Below, one piece after another: positions 9,881 to 18,841 of a stretch of 64,000 nt of DNA. Position 1 is the stretch's first letter, and each line of letters starts with the position of its first letter. The stretch comes from Thermoanaerobaculia bacterium (GTDB lineage: Bacteria > Acidobacteriota > Thermoanaerobaculia > UBA5066 > Gp7-AA6), in NCBI GenBank assembly GCA_046716885.1, contig JBKJWL010000170.1:2245-66244 (forward strand), given 5' to 3'. The notes beneath the pieces are model-generated. The model saw only the letters and a program-made list of their open reading frames with translations. It made no database searches and was not told the origin of the DNA. The position numbers and the translations under genes were made by a program.

Positions 9881-10575
9881 CGCTTCGCGCCCGCGCCGAG
9901 GGAGTGCTGCAAGAGCGCCGCGAGAGCGGAGAACCCGTCCTTCAGCCGGATCTTCTTGCCCTCCGCCTGCGACCTCCCGAAGTAGGAGACCGGAACCTCG
10001 AAGATTCGGAACCCGCCCCGCGCCACCTTGGCCGTGATCTCGGCGTCGACGCCGAACCCCGGCGAGACGAGGTCGAGCGCGGGGACGACCCGCCGGTGGA
10101 AGGCCTTGTAGCAGGTCGCCATGTCCGAAAGGTTCAGGCCCGTGACGACGTTCGAGATCAGTGTCAGGAGGCGGTTGCCCTGCTGGTGCCAGAAGTTCTG
10201 CACCCTGTGCTCGGAGCTGCCGACGAAGCGGGACCCGAAGACGACGTCCGCGCGCCCCGCCTCGATCGGCCGGAGCAGCATCGGATATTCGGCCGGGTCG
10301 TACTCCAGGTCCGCGTCCTGGATGATGAGAATCTCGCCGAGGGCGGCCGCGAGCGCCGTACGCACCGCCCGGCCCTTGCCCTGGTTGCGGTCGTGGAGGA
10401 TCACGCGCACGCCGTCGCGGCCGTCCCACCCCCGGAGCTTCTCGCGGGTGCCGTCGGTCGAGCCGTCGTCGACGACGACGACCTCCTTCTCGGTCGCCTC
10501 GCGCGTGACGAGCGTCAGGATCTCGTCGATCGTGCGCGCCTCGTTGTAGACGGGAATGAGAACGGACAGCTTCAC
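9877..10575 (-). CDS. GT2 glycosyltransferase (short, soluble; paralog of the GT2 domain at 6768..8165)
   Basis: The C-terminal 232 aa of track ORF 9877..12765, starting at GTG 10575 with GGGAG 5 nt upstream. Motifs are VKLSVLIPVYNE..VVDDGSTDGT..QDADLEYDP. By eye it is roughly 55-60% identical to the N-terminal half of the 465-aa fusion. No TM segments. Confidence 0.8.
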   Translation of the reverse strand: MKLSVLIPVYNEARTIDEILTLVTREATEKEVVVVDDGSTDGTREKLRGWDGRDGVRVILHDRNQGKGRAVRTALAAALGEILIIQDADLEYDPAEYPMLLRPIEAGRADVVFGSRFVGSSEHRVQNFWHQQGNRLLTLISNVVTGLNLSDMATCYKAFHRRVVPALDLVSPGFGVDAEITAKVARGGFRIFEVPVSYFGRSQAEGKKIRLKDGFSALAALLQHSLGAGAKR

Positions 10576-10617
10576 GGTCTCCCGAGATAATACGCGAACC
10601 GGAAGCCTTCCCGCATA

Positions 10618-12636
10618 ATGGTCGCGATGCGTTCGGGGCGCGCCGTGTTCCTTCTCGGGCTCGGTGCCGCGATCGCCGCCGGCGTCGTGCTGCGGATGCA
10701 CACGCGGGAGCAGGCGACCGTCAACGGGCGCGTCCGGCCGCTCGACTCGGATTCGGCGTACCACCTGCGCCGCGCCCGCTTCGCGGCGGCCAACTACCCG
10801 CGCACAATCCTCTTCGATCCGATGATGAACTTTCCCGACGGCGGTGTCGCGATCTGGCCGCCGCTCTTCGACGTGGTCCTGGCGACCCCGGCGGTGCTCG
10901 CGCAAGGACGCGACGCCTCCGCCGAGTCGATCGAGCGCGGGGCGGCTTGGATTCCGGTTCTCCTTGGCGCGGGCTCGATCCTGCTCGCGGGTCTTCTTGC
11001 GCGGCGGCTTTTGGGAGCCGGGGCCGGCGTCGCGGCCGCGGTCTTCCTCGCCGTCTGCCCGGCGCACATTCTCTGGACGCAGTACGCGCACACCGACCAG
11101 CACGCGGCGGAGTCCTTCTGCGGACTCCTGGCGCTCCTTCTGTTCCTTCGGAGCCGCGAGCGGCCCGACTCGACGCGAAACGCCCGAAGAGAGACCCTCG
11201 CCGGCGCCGCGCTCGCGGCCGCCGTGCTGACCTGGCAGGGCGCGATCTACTGGGGCGCGATCTTCGCCCTGGCCCTCGCGTGCGAGGCCGTCTTCGCTCG
11301 CCGTTCCATTCTGCGCGCCTCGATCCTGACGCTGGGGCTGCCCTCGGCGCTTGCGGGCGCCGCCACGGCCGCCTGGCTCGCCTGGCTCCGCCCTCCCCTG
11401 ACCTACGTTTCCTTCGGCAACTTCCAGCCGCTCTTTCTCGCGGCTCTGTGCGGCGGTACGGCGGCGATCGGTCTGGCGGCGGGGGGTCTGCGCGGCTCGC
11501 TCACGCGGCGGGAGCTCGTGCTCGGGCTCGGCGTGATCGGGGCCGCCGCCGCGGCCACGCTCCCCTTCGCGCCGGCGCTTCTCGCGGGCCTTCGTAACGG
11601 CATCGGGTACGTCGCCGGCTCGACCAGCGAGATCGCCGGGACCGGCGGCTACGTGTCGTACCCGAAGGACTGGCTCAAGGGCATCTTCGAGGCCCGGCCG
11701 CTTCTGGCCGACGGCCCGGGGCTGGCCCTGCGGCAGCTCTCGGCCGGTTTCTTCCTCGCGCCGCTCGTCGTGCTCGTCTGGGCCGCGCGTGCCCGGCGCG
11801 GAGTCCGGCGGGGTGTGTATGGCGCCCTCGCCATCTGGGGAGCGGTGACCCTTTTTCTCGCCCTCTCGCAGAGGCTCAATGTCTACTACGCCGCTCCCCT
11901 GTCGGCGCTCGCGCTCATCGAAACGGCCCGAGCCGTCGGGACACGCCTCCTGCGACGCGCCTCCGCACCGCTCCGGCAGCGGCGGGCGCTCGTGTCCGCC
12001 GCCGTCGGGCTCGCGCTCGCGCTGCCGATGTGGCCGGGTCTCCAGGAGGAGCTCGCGAGCGTCAACGTGCCCGGCTCCGATCTCTTCGAGACGCTCGAGA
12101 AGATGCGCGTGACGCTTCCCCACCCGGTCGATGCGTACGACCCGCGCCTGCTGGGGCCGCCGCCTTTCCCCGAGGAGCTCTCGCGCGCCGCCGCTGTGAT
12201 GGCGCCCTGGTCGATGGGTCACCTGCTTCTCTACAACGCCGAGGCGCCCGTGGTCGCCAACAACTTCGGCTATGGCTTTCTCGACTCGATCCGCTTCTTC
12301 CTCGCCGAGTCGGAGGAAGAGGCGCTCGCAATCGCGCGCCGGCATCGCGCGCGCTGGATCGTGGCAACGGACCTGGCGGTCCGCATGAACGACTACGCGT
12401 CCTACCTCGGCCGCCCCCCGTACCTCAAGGAAACACCCGACGGTCTCGCGCCCGTGCCCGCCTACTTCGCCACGATGCAGGCGCGTCTCTACGACTTCGG
12501 CGGAAAGGGGGCGAACTTCGGCGACGTGGCGGTCGAGCCCCTGACGAAGATCCGCCTCCTCTTCCACTCGAAGAGCGCCATCCGGCGCGGCGACCGCTGG
12601 ATCCCCCGCTGGACGGTATTCGAGATCGTCGACTGA
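10618..12636 (+). CDS. STT3/AglB-like GT-C membrane glycosyltransferase with a degenerate WWDYG motif
   Basis: 672 aa. Motifs are LDSDSAYHLRR (aa 42-52), AHTDQHAAE (aa 157-165), GSTSEIAG (aa 334-341) and APWSMGHLLLYNAEAPVVANNFGYG (aa 529-553), the last collinear with WWDYGY...DNNTWN of STT3. A polytopic N-terminal part is followed by a short C-terminal soluble domain. Confidence 0.55.
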   Translation: MVAMRSGRAVFLLGLGAAIAAGVVLRMHTREQATVNGRVRPLDSDSAYHLRRARFAAANYPRTILFDPMMNFPDGGVAIWPPLFDVVLATPAVLAQGRDASAESIERGAAWIPVLLGAGSILLAGLLARRLLGAGAGVAAAVFLAVCPAHILWTQYAHTDQHAAESFCGLLALLLFLRSRERPDSTRNARRETLAGAALAAAVLTWQGAIYWGAIFALALACEAVFARRSILRASILTLGLPSALAGAATAAWLAWLRPPLTYVSFGNFQPLFLAALCGGTAAIGLAAGGLRGSLTRRELVLGLGVIGAAAAATLPFAPALLAGLRNGIGYVAGSTSEIAGTGGYVSYPKDWLKGIFEARPLLADGPGLALRQLSAGFFLAPLVVLVWAARARRGVRRGVYGALAIWGAVTLFLALSQRLNVYYAAPLSALALIETARAVGTRLLRRASAPLRQRRALVSAAVGLALALPMWPGLQEELASVNVPGSDLFETLEKMRVTLPHPVDAYDPRLLGPPPFPEELSRAAAVMAPWSMGHLLLYNAEAPVVANNFGYGFLDSIRFFLAESEEEALAIARRHRARWIVATDLAVRMNDYASYLGRPPYLKETPDGLAPVPAYFATMQARLYDFGGKGANFGDVAVEPLTKIRLLFHSKSAIRRGDRWIPRWTVFEIVD

Positions 12637-12640
12637 CGTG

Positions 12641-14287
12641 CTAGGGCGGCGGCGGCCCGTAGGCGCGCCACACCGCGATCGCGCGCCGCTGCTCTTCGGG
12701 GGTCGCCGCCTCGCGCGCCACGCCGCGCAGTTCTTCCCGCCCCGGATCCTGACCCGAGAACACACCGAGGAGCGCGGCCCGCCAGAGGCGCCCGGGGTAG
12801 GAAAGCTCCGGCGGCCGGAGCAGGAGCGCGACGAGCGGGGCGAGCCCGACGAGCACTGCGACCGGAACCGCCGGCAGGGTGGGGCGGGCCGCGCGCGCGG
12901 CGGACACGACCGCCAGCGCCGTGACGAGCGCGGGCGGCACGAGGGTGACCGCGCCGGTTGCGCCGAACAGCGTCCCGAGGTTCTGGGCGATCCAGCCGCG
13001 TTGCAGGAACCACGGCGCGCTCGTCGCAGCGGGCCAGGCGAGGTCGGGCGGGAGGTGCGCCCAGGTCGCGGTCAGCACGAAGTGGCCTGCGACCGAAAAG
13101 GCCGCCGCGGCCAGGAAAAGCCCGCGCGAAAGCGGCGTCTCGAGGGCCCGGGCGACAGGAAGCGCGGCGAAGAAGACCGCCGGCAGGAGATACCGGCTGC
13201 CGAGCGACCAGCCTCCGTGCCAGTTCGGGTAGCCCGTCAGCGCGACGAAGAACACGGCGACGGCGGCGAGCACAAACGCGCAGTCGGCGCGGTCTTCGCC
13301 GGAGCGCCACCAGCGCACGATGCCCGGGAAGAACCACAGCAGGAACGGAGAGAACAGGAGGACGCCGCGCGCCGGGTCGAATAGAAAGCGCAGCGCGATC
13401 TGGAGGCTCGGGGCGCCCAGCCCGAAGGCCCCGCGCCGGGCGAGCTCCGCATAGCCCGGGTCGGCTTCCCGCGCCGAGGAGAGCGTGAAGGGCGAGCCGA
13501 AGCAGGCCTCGTTGTAGAGGAGCAGAAGGACGAGCGGCACCGCGGCGGCCAGAGCGAAGGCCGCGAGTCGCCCCCACTCGAGCCGCGCCGCCGCCCGCAC
13601 GGCGAACAGCACGGCGATCGGGACCACCGTGTACTCGGAGATGACCGCCCACGCCGCGAGAAGGCCCGCTCCGGCCGCCCACCTCAACGGCCGGCGGACG
13701 GCGAGCTCTTCGCTGTGCCGGAGCAGGTCCCAGGCGAGAAAAAGAAGCGAAGCCGTCCAAGCGTGCGCGAAGAAGGAGCGCGCGTAGAAGAGGAACGGAG
13801 TGCCCAGCGCCACGGCCAGCGTCACCAGCGGTGCGGCCGCCGGATGTCCCCCCAGGCGAGCGAGCCTGGCCGCGAAGCGGCGGAGCGCCAGCAGGCACGC
13901 CAGGGACACCGTGACGAGCCGCAGGAAGTAGAAGAGCTTGCCGGAGCTCTCGAGCGTCGGGGCCGGCAGGAAGAGGCGCAGGGCCCCATACGCGGGATAC
14001 GCGGCGAAGGCGAGGCCGGGCGCCTTGTTCGAGTAGAGACGACCGCCCGACGACGCCTTGTCCTCGTGGTCGCCGAGCGCCGCGACCGCGTCGTCGATCG
14101 CGAAGGTCTTCCAGTCCGCCATGGCCACGACGGCCTGAAAACGCGAAAGCTCGTTCGGGTTGAAGAAAGGCGGGAAAAGGCCGGTGAAGTACGCCGCGAG
14201 AAACCCGAAAGCGAAGAGAACGAGGCGGGTCGACCGCCGCCCCGCGTCGCTCGTGCGCCGACTTTTTTCGGGATCGGTCTCGCGCAT
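12641..14287 (-). CDS. PMT_2/ArnT-like GT-C membrane glycosyltransferase
   Basis: Track ORF 12641..14560 trimmed to ATG 14287 (MRETDPEKSRRTSDAGRRSTRLVLFAFGFLAAYF). The first loop is NPNELSRFQAVVAMADW...DKASSGGRLYSNKAPGLAF, an acidic pair plus a Y-x-x-K-(A/P)-P-G motif. More than 10 hydrophobic segments; 548 aa. Confidence 0.55.
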   Translation of the reverse strand: MRETDPEKSRRTSDAGRRSTRLVLFAFGFLAAYFTGLFPPFFNPNELSRFQAVVAMADWKTFAIDDAVAALGDHEDKASSGGRLYSNKAPGLAFAAYPAYGALRLFLPAPTLESSGKLFYFLRLVTVSLACLLALRRFAARLARLGGHPAAAPLVTLAVALGTPFLFYARSFFAHAWTASLLFLAWDLLRHSEELAVRRPLRWAAGAGLLAAWAVISEYTVVPIAVLFAVRAAARLEWGRLAAFALAAAVPLVLLLLYNEACFGSPFTLSSAREADPGYAELARRGAFGLGAPSLQIALRFLFDPARGVLLFSPFLLWFFPGIVRWWRSGEDRADCAFVLAAVAVFFVALTGYPNWHGGWSLGSRYLLPAVFFAALPVARALETPLSRGLFLAAAAFSVAGHFVLTATWAHLPPDLAWPAATSAPWFLQRGWIAQNLGTLFGATGAVTLVPPALVTALAVVSAARAARPTLPAVPVAVLVGLAPLVALLLRPPELSYPGRLWRAALLGVFSGQDPGREELRGVAREAATPEEQRRAIAVWRAYGPPPP

Positions 14288-14342
14288 CGGGCTGTCGCAG
14301 AATGATCTCACTAAAGCGGGCCGCTCACGTACACTCATCTCG

Positions 14343-16772
14343 ATGTCACGGAGGGCGCTGCTCCCGACCTTCGGGCTCCTCGTCCTCTTCTCGCTGCCGC
14401 TGCTCTCCGAGATCCTCGGCTCGCGCCGGCTCGTGTTCCGGGACGCGCAGATCACGCACTGGCCGTGGCGGCGCGTGGCGGTCGCCTCGCTCGCGGCCGG
14501 AGAGGTCCCGTTCGTCAACGCGGCCGCTTCCGGAGGCCAGCCGCTCCTGGCCAACCCCAACGCGGTGATCCTCTACCCGACGTTCCTGCTCGAGCACGTC
14601 TTCCCCCCGGCCGTCGCCTTCAACCTGCACTATCTGCTCCACATCCTGTGGGCCTTTTTCGGGGCCTGGAGGCTGGGGCGCGCGCTCGGCCTCTCGGACG
14701 GAGCGGCCTTCTTCGCGGGCGCGGTCTACGCGTTCTCCGGGATGATGCTCTCCTACGGCTCGGCCTTCATGAACTCGGTCGCCGCGGCGTCGTGGCTTCC
14801 GTGGTGCGCGGCGGCGGTCGTGTTTCTCGCGCAGGCGGCGACTCGCCGCGAGGCCGTGCGCGCCGCCGCGGCGGCCGGTCTCGCGCTGGGTCTCCAGCTC
14901 CTCGCCGGAGAGCCCGCGCTGACGCTCCTCACGCTGGCCTTCGCCGGCGCGCTCGGCCTCCTGGAGGCTCTCGCGGTCTCGCGCGCCGAGCGCGGGCGCC
15001 GGATTCTCGCGCTTTCGTGCGGCGGACTTGGCGCCGGAATCCTCGCCCTCGCCTTCGCCGCCCCGCTCCTTCTCCCGCTGCGCCAGGTCTTTCCGCTCAC
15101 CTACCGCGGCCAGCACCTGTATTCGGAGCGGGCGTTCGGCGCCGCCGCGTTTTCCCTCGAGAGGGCGATCGAGTGGCTCCTGCCGCGTTTCGGGGGCGAT
15201 CCGGGATTGCTGGGCGGCGGCGCCAACTGGCTGCGCTCGGTCGCGCAACAGGACCTCGTCTACATCTGGTGCGTCACCTTCGGCATCATTCCGCTTCTCG
15301 CGTTGCTGCTCGCCTCCGTCCACCGCGGTTTCTGGAAGCGGCGGTCTCTCGTCCTGGCGTCGGGCGCCCTCCTCGCGGTGCTCTTCTCGTTCGGGTTCTC
15401 GCTGCCCTTCTACCGCCTCGTTTACTCGATCACGTTCCTGCGCAAGCTCCGCTACCCGATCAAGTTCTACCTCCTGGCGACGATCTGCGTGGCGCTGCTC
15501 GCGGGACTGGCTGCGGAAGCCCTCGCGCGCCGGCGCATCGGGAGGCGCGGCGCGGTCCTCGCCGGCGCGGTCCTCGCCGCCTTCGCGGGTGCCTGGTGGC
15601 TCGCCTCTCCCGGGGGCCTTCTCGACCGCCGGGCGGGAGCGCTCGCGGCGCAGGTCGCTCCCGATCCTGCCGCCTTCCTCAACGCCTTTCGCTCCGCCGT
15701 GCGCGGCGACGTCCTCGCGGGGTCACTCGCGGTGCTCCTCGTCCTGCTGCTCTTTACGACAACCGCACGCCTGCGGGAGCCGGGCTTCGCGCTCGGTCTT
15801 CTGACGCTGGTCTCCTCTCTGTTCTGGGGGCTTCCCCTCTTCGTCGCCGCGCCCGACAAGGACCTCGCGCGCCCCCCCGCGCTGCTCCGCCACCTCCAGG
15901 GACCGGGGCGCCTGTACGTTTCGCCGAAGCTTCCGGCCTTCGACCTGGCCGCGTTTCCCGTGGAGACACCCGGCGGCCTGCCCCGCTCCTCGCTGACTGC
16001 GCGCATCCTCGTCGAGCAGCTCATCCCCTTGACCGGAGCGCCCTTCGGAGTCCGCTACGTGTTCGAGAACGATCCCGACGGGTCCTACGGCTTCTACAAC
16101 CGGCTCGCCAACGAGGCCGCGGACGCCTCGACCCCCGCCGAGCGCGACCGCCTGCTCGCCCTCTACGGCGGGAGATGGGCGCTCGCCGTCGAAGAGGACG
16201 AGCACCCGTTGTGGCGGTCGGTGACCGGTCTCGAAGTCGCCGGCCGGCGGCTGGTTCTCTTCGAGAACCCGCGGCTCACTCCGGAGCTCCGTTTCGCGGG
16301 GCGCGTGTACCGCCGCAGCTCGCTCTCGGCCACGCTGGAGCTCGTGCGTTCGGAGGGCTTCGACCCGATCCGCGACGTCGCGCTCCCGGGACGCCGGAAC
16401 GAAGACCCCACGGGCGAACCCGCCGCCGGCCGCGCGATCGTGGAGTCGGTCTCTGCCGACCGAGCCGCCGCATCCGTCGAGGCGGCCGCGCCGGGGCACC
16501 TGGTGTTCTCGCGCACGTTCCTCCCGGTCTGGAAGGCGCGGGTCGACGGCGCGAGCGCGGCGGTTGCGGTGGCCAATGCCCGCGATCTCGCCGTCGCGGT
16601 GCCCGCCGGCCGCCACCGCGTGGAGATCGAGTACGACCGCGCCCCTTTCCGCCTCGGCGTCGCGCTCCAGACGGCCGCGTGGCTCCTGGCGCTTGGCGTG
16701 GGTGTCGCGACGCGCCGCTCGCGTACCGTTGCGCGAGTGGGGTCAGGCCCCGCCCGTACCCGAATCTCGTAG
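14343..16772 (+). CDS. YfhO-like GT-C membrane glycosyltransferase, paralog 3 (divergent)
   Basis: Track ORF 14160..16772 trimmed to ATG 14343 (MSRRALLPTFGLLVLFSLPLL). The loop FRDAQITHWPWRRVAVASLAAGEVPF..SGGQPLLANPNAVILYP is collinear with the two YfhO-like genes at 1-4219. The C-terminal domain ends like theirs (VAVPAGRHRVEIEY versus PVPAGEHRIEWRE). 809 aa. Confidence 0.55.
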   Translation: MSRRALLPTFGLLVLFSLPLLSEILGSRRLVFRDAQITHWPWRRVAVASLAAGEVPFVNAAASGGQPLLANPNAVILYPTFLLEHVFPPAVAFNLHYLLHILWAFFGAWRLGRALGLSDGAAFFAGAVYAFSGMMLSYGSAFMNSVAAASWLPWCAAAVVFLAQAATRREAVRAAAAAGLALGLQLLAGEPALTLLTLAFAGALGLLEALAVSRAERGRRILALSCGGLGAGILALAFAAPLLLPLRQVFPLTYRGQHLYSERAFGAAAFSLERAIEWLLPRFGGDPGLLGGGANWLRSVAQQDLVYIWCVTFGIIPLLALLLASVHRGFWKRRSLVLASGALLAVLFSFGFSLPFYRLVYSITFLRKLRYPIKFYLLATICVALLAGLAAEALARRRIGRRGAVLAGAVLAAFAGAWWLASPGGLLDRRAGALAAQVAPDPAAFLNAFRSAVRGDVLAGSLAVLLVLLLFTTTARLREPGFALGLLTLVSSLFWGLPLFVAAPDKDLARPPALLRHLQGPGRLYVSPKLPAFDLAAFPVETPGGLPRSSLTARILVEQLIPLTGAPFGVRYVFENDPDGSYGFYNRLANEAADASTPAERDRLLALYGGRWALAVEEDEHPLWRSVTGLEVAGRRLVLFENPRLTPELRFAGRVYRRSSLSATLELVRSEGFDPIRDVALPGRRNEDPTGEPAAGRAIVESVSADRAAASVEAAAPGHLVFSRTFLPVWKARVDGASAAVAVANARDLAVAVPAGRHRVEIEYDRAPFRLGVALQTAAWLLALGVGVATRRSRTVARVGSGPARTRIS

Positions 16773-16780
16773 GCCGCGGC

Positions 16781-17899
16781 CTACGGCCCGGCGCCCTCCG
16801 GCAGGAGCCCGAGGTGCGAGAGCAGGCCGAGGTAGATGTCGGGCCGGCAGCCGTTCAGGGGGATCACGCCCCAGGCGTAGTAGACCGACAGCGCGGCAAA
16901 GACGGGAAACATCCAGCGGAACGCGCGCGTGTCGATCAGATCCCGGAATCCGACGATCAGAGCGAAGGGCGCCATCACCAGAAAGTACCGGCTCCAGTCC
17001 TCCGTCGAGACGAAGAGCAGCAGGCAGAGCTGAAAGGCGCAGTACCAGAAGAGCGCCGGGAACCGCTCGCGGAGGCGGGAAGTCCCGACGGCGTAGACGA
17101 CAAACAGCAGGATGTGGAACTCGACCTGATGGTAGAGGCCCTTCTCGAAGAGCGTTGGCAGGAAGCCGAAGGGGCGGAAGGCCGCCATCTTCTCGCCGTG
17201 CGGCGTGAGGTACGCAAAGAAGTTGCCGAACCGGATCGCGCAGAACAGGAAGTAGCCGAAGAGGCCCGCCGGGATGAGTGCCAGCCAGGGCCAGGACCGC
17301 CAGCGCCGTTCCCGCGCGAGCGCGACGGCGTACGCGGGCGCGAACATGAGGCCCGAGATCCGCGTGACCGCGGCAAGCCCCGCGAGAAGCGACGCTCGCC
17401 CGTAGCGCGCCTTCTCGAAAAACCAGACCGACCCGAGCGCCAGCGCGACGTAGAGCGCCTCGGTCGCGCCGGTCGACCGGTAGAGAAACCAACGCGGCGG
17501 AAGAAACAGAAAGACCAGCGACAGGAATGCGGGCGACTGCAGCTTCCAAACGTCGCGGGCGAGGCGGTAGAAGAGCAGGACGGCGGCGACCGACGCCAGG
17601 ACCGACACGAGGAGCAGCGCGGGCTCGTAACCGATCCAGGCCAGCGCCCGCACGCAGAGCGGATAGAGCGGCAGGTGCGTCAGAAAGTAGGTCGGCGTGT
17701 AGACGTACGCGAGCAGCGGGTTTCCCGGCTCGACGGCGTACAGCGTTCGCGCGACCGTGAGGTAGTTGGGCCCGTCCCAGAACCGATACACCGTGGACAT
17801 GCGCGAGAGGAACGGGAGGTAGACGAGAAACGAGCCCGCGACGGAAGCGAGCGTCAGCCAGATCTCCGGCCGGACGCCGGCACGCGGTCGCTCGGTCAC
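16781..17899 (-). CDS. Short GT-C membrane protein, PIG-V/GT76-like (Mannosyl_trans2-type), last gene of the arn operon
   Basis: 372 aa and polytopic. RFWDGPNYLTVARTLY...THLPLYPLCVRAL matches the WD..hY..IA..gY...fPLYPl pattern I recall for PIG-V-type mannosyltransferases. It lies 21 nt downstream of arnD. Confidence 0.5.
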   Translation of the reverse strand: MTERPRAGVRPEIWLTLASVAGSFLVYLPFLSRMSTVYRFWDGPNYLTVARTLYAVEPGNPLLAYVYTPTYFLTHLPLYPLCVRALAWIGYEPALLLVSVLASVAAVLLFYRLARDVWKLQSPAFLSLVFLFLPPRWFLYRSTGATEALYVALALGSVWFFEKARYGRASLLAGLAAVTRISGLMFAPAYAVALARERRWRSWPWLALIPAGLFGYFLFCAIRFGNFFAYLTPHGEKMAAFRPFGFLPTLFEKGLYHQVEFHILLFVVYAVGTSRLRERFPALFWYCAFQLCLLLFVSTEDWSRYFLVMAPFALIVGFRDLIDTRAFRWMFPVFAALSVYYAWGVIPLNGCRPDIYLGLLSHLGLLPEGAGP

Positions 17900-17920
17900 G
17901 CTTCCGACAGGATACTCCGA

Positions 17921-18841
17921 CTAGGAGGTTGCGGCCTCCGGCCAGCCGGTCGTCACGGTGCCGCCGCGTCCGGGAAGGGTCGTTCGCGTCAGCGGGCGCA
18001 CGGGGACGGCGTCGTGTTGCGCGAGGGCTTCGCGGGCGAGCTCGGAAAGGAGCGGGAACGTCACGCCGTCCGCGCGCCAGTCGTCGAGGATCGAGGTGAA
18101 CAGCGCGGCCTTGGAGCGGCCCTCGACCTCGGCGTGGATGGTGTGGACCTGCGTGCCGCGCGCGGCCTGCCGGAAGAAGGCCCGCTGGTCTTGGTCCGAG
18201 CGGAGTTCGGGCCAGGAGAGCGTTTCGTCGAGGGTCGGGAGGGTGGTCGGGATCTCGAGCGTCCGAAACGCTCGCTCGCCGGCCGACGGGAAGAAATACG
18301 ACCCGCCGCGGGTGTCGGAGGTGTAGAGCAGAGACCGCTCCTGCTGGACCTCGAGCGAGAGGGCGTTGGCCGTCCAGCCCGGCGCGGCGCTTGCGCGGGC
18401 CGGCATGCCGAAGATGCGGAGATACTCGGCGTGGGCGCGGCCGTAGTCCGCCCGGATCTCCTGGAGGCTCATCCGATCCAGCCGGTCGTGCCACCCGACG
18501 TGGTCCCAGCCGTGCACTCCCGTGTCATGGCCGGCCTGCGCGGCCGCGCGCATCTGTTGGGAGCCGCGGGCACCGATCAAGGGCGCGGGGAGCAGCGTTC
18601 CGGCGAGCATCGTGCGCCAGCCGTAGAGCGACGGCGCCTTGGAGCGGAGCATCTTCTTCAAAAACCCCTTGCGCGTGAAGACGCGGCGGATCGCCACTCC
18701 GGAGCGGTCCGGGCCCAGGGTGAAGAAGAAAGTCGCGCGGATTCCCCGCTCGGCAAAGATCTCCAGCAGCCGCGGAACACCTTCGCGGGTCCCCTCGTCC
18801 GTGTCGCAGTCGACCTTGAGGGCGACGCGACGCTCGGTCAT
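17921..18841 (-). CDS. arnD: 4-deoxy-4-formamido-L-arabinose-phosphoundecaprenol deformylase (polysaccharide deacetylase family)
   Basis: 306 aa. [53 protein letters not shown] and HAEVEG align by eye along the whole length of E. coli ArnD. ATGA overlap with the upstream gene. Confidence 0.9.
   Translation of the reverse strand: MTERRVALKVDCDTDEGTREGVPRLLEIFAERGIRATFFFTLGPDRSGVAIRRVFTRKGFLKKMLRSKAPSLYGWRTMLAGTLLPAPLIGARGSQQMRAAAQAGHDTGVHGWDHVGWHDRLDRMSLQEIRADYGRAHAEYLRIFGMPARASAAPGWTANALSLEVQQERSLLYTSDTRGGSYFFPSAGERAFRTLEIPTTLPTLDETLSWPELRSDQDQRAFFRQAARGTQVHTIHAEVEGRSKAALFTSILDDWRADGVTFPLLSELAREALAQHDAVPVRPLTRTTLPGRGGTVTTGWPEAATS

Noticed and set aside
10576-12765. N-terminal 730 aa of track ORF 9877..12765, and likewise the 5' extensions of ORFs 8162..10429, 5644..7164, 12641..14560, 14160..16772, 22993..24387, 24219..25712, 24216..25784, 24200..28348, 33897..35072 and 57456..58559
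   Set aside because: The recognisable domains start at internal ATG/GTG/TTG codons. These usually form 4-nt overlaps with the upstream stop or follow a Shine-Dalgarno sequence. The extensions overlap neighbouring real genes.
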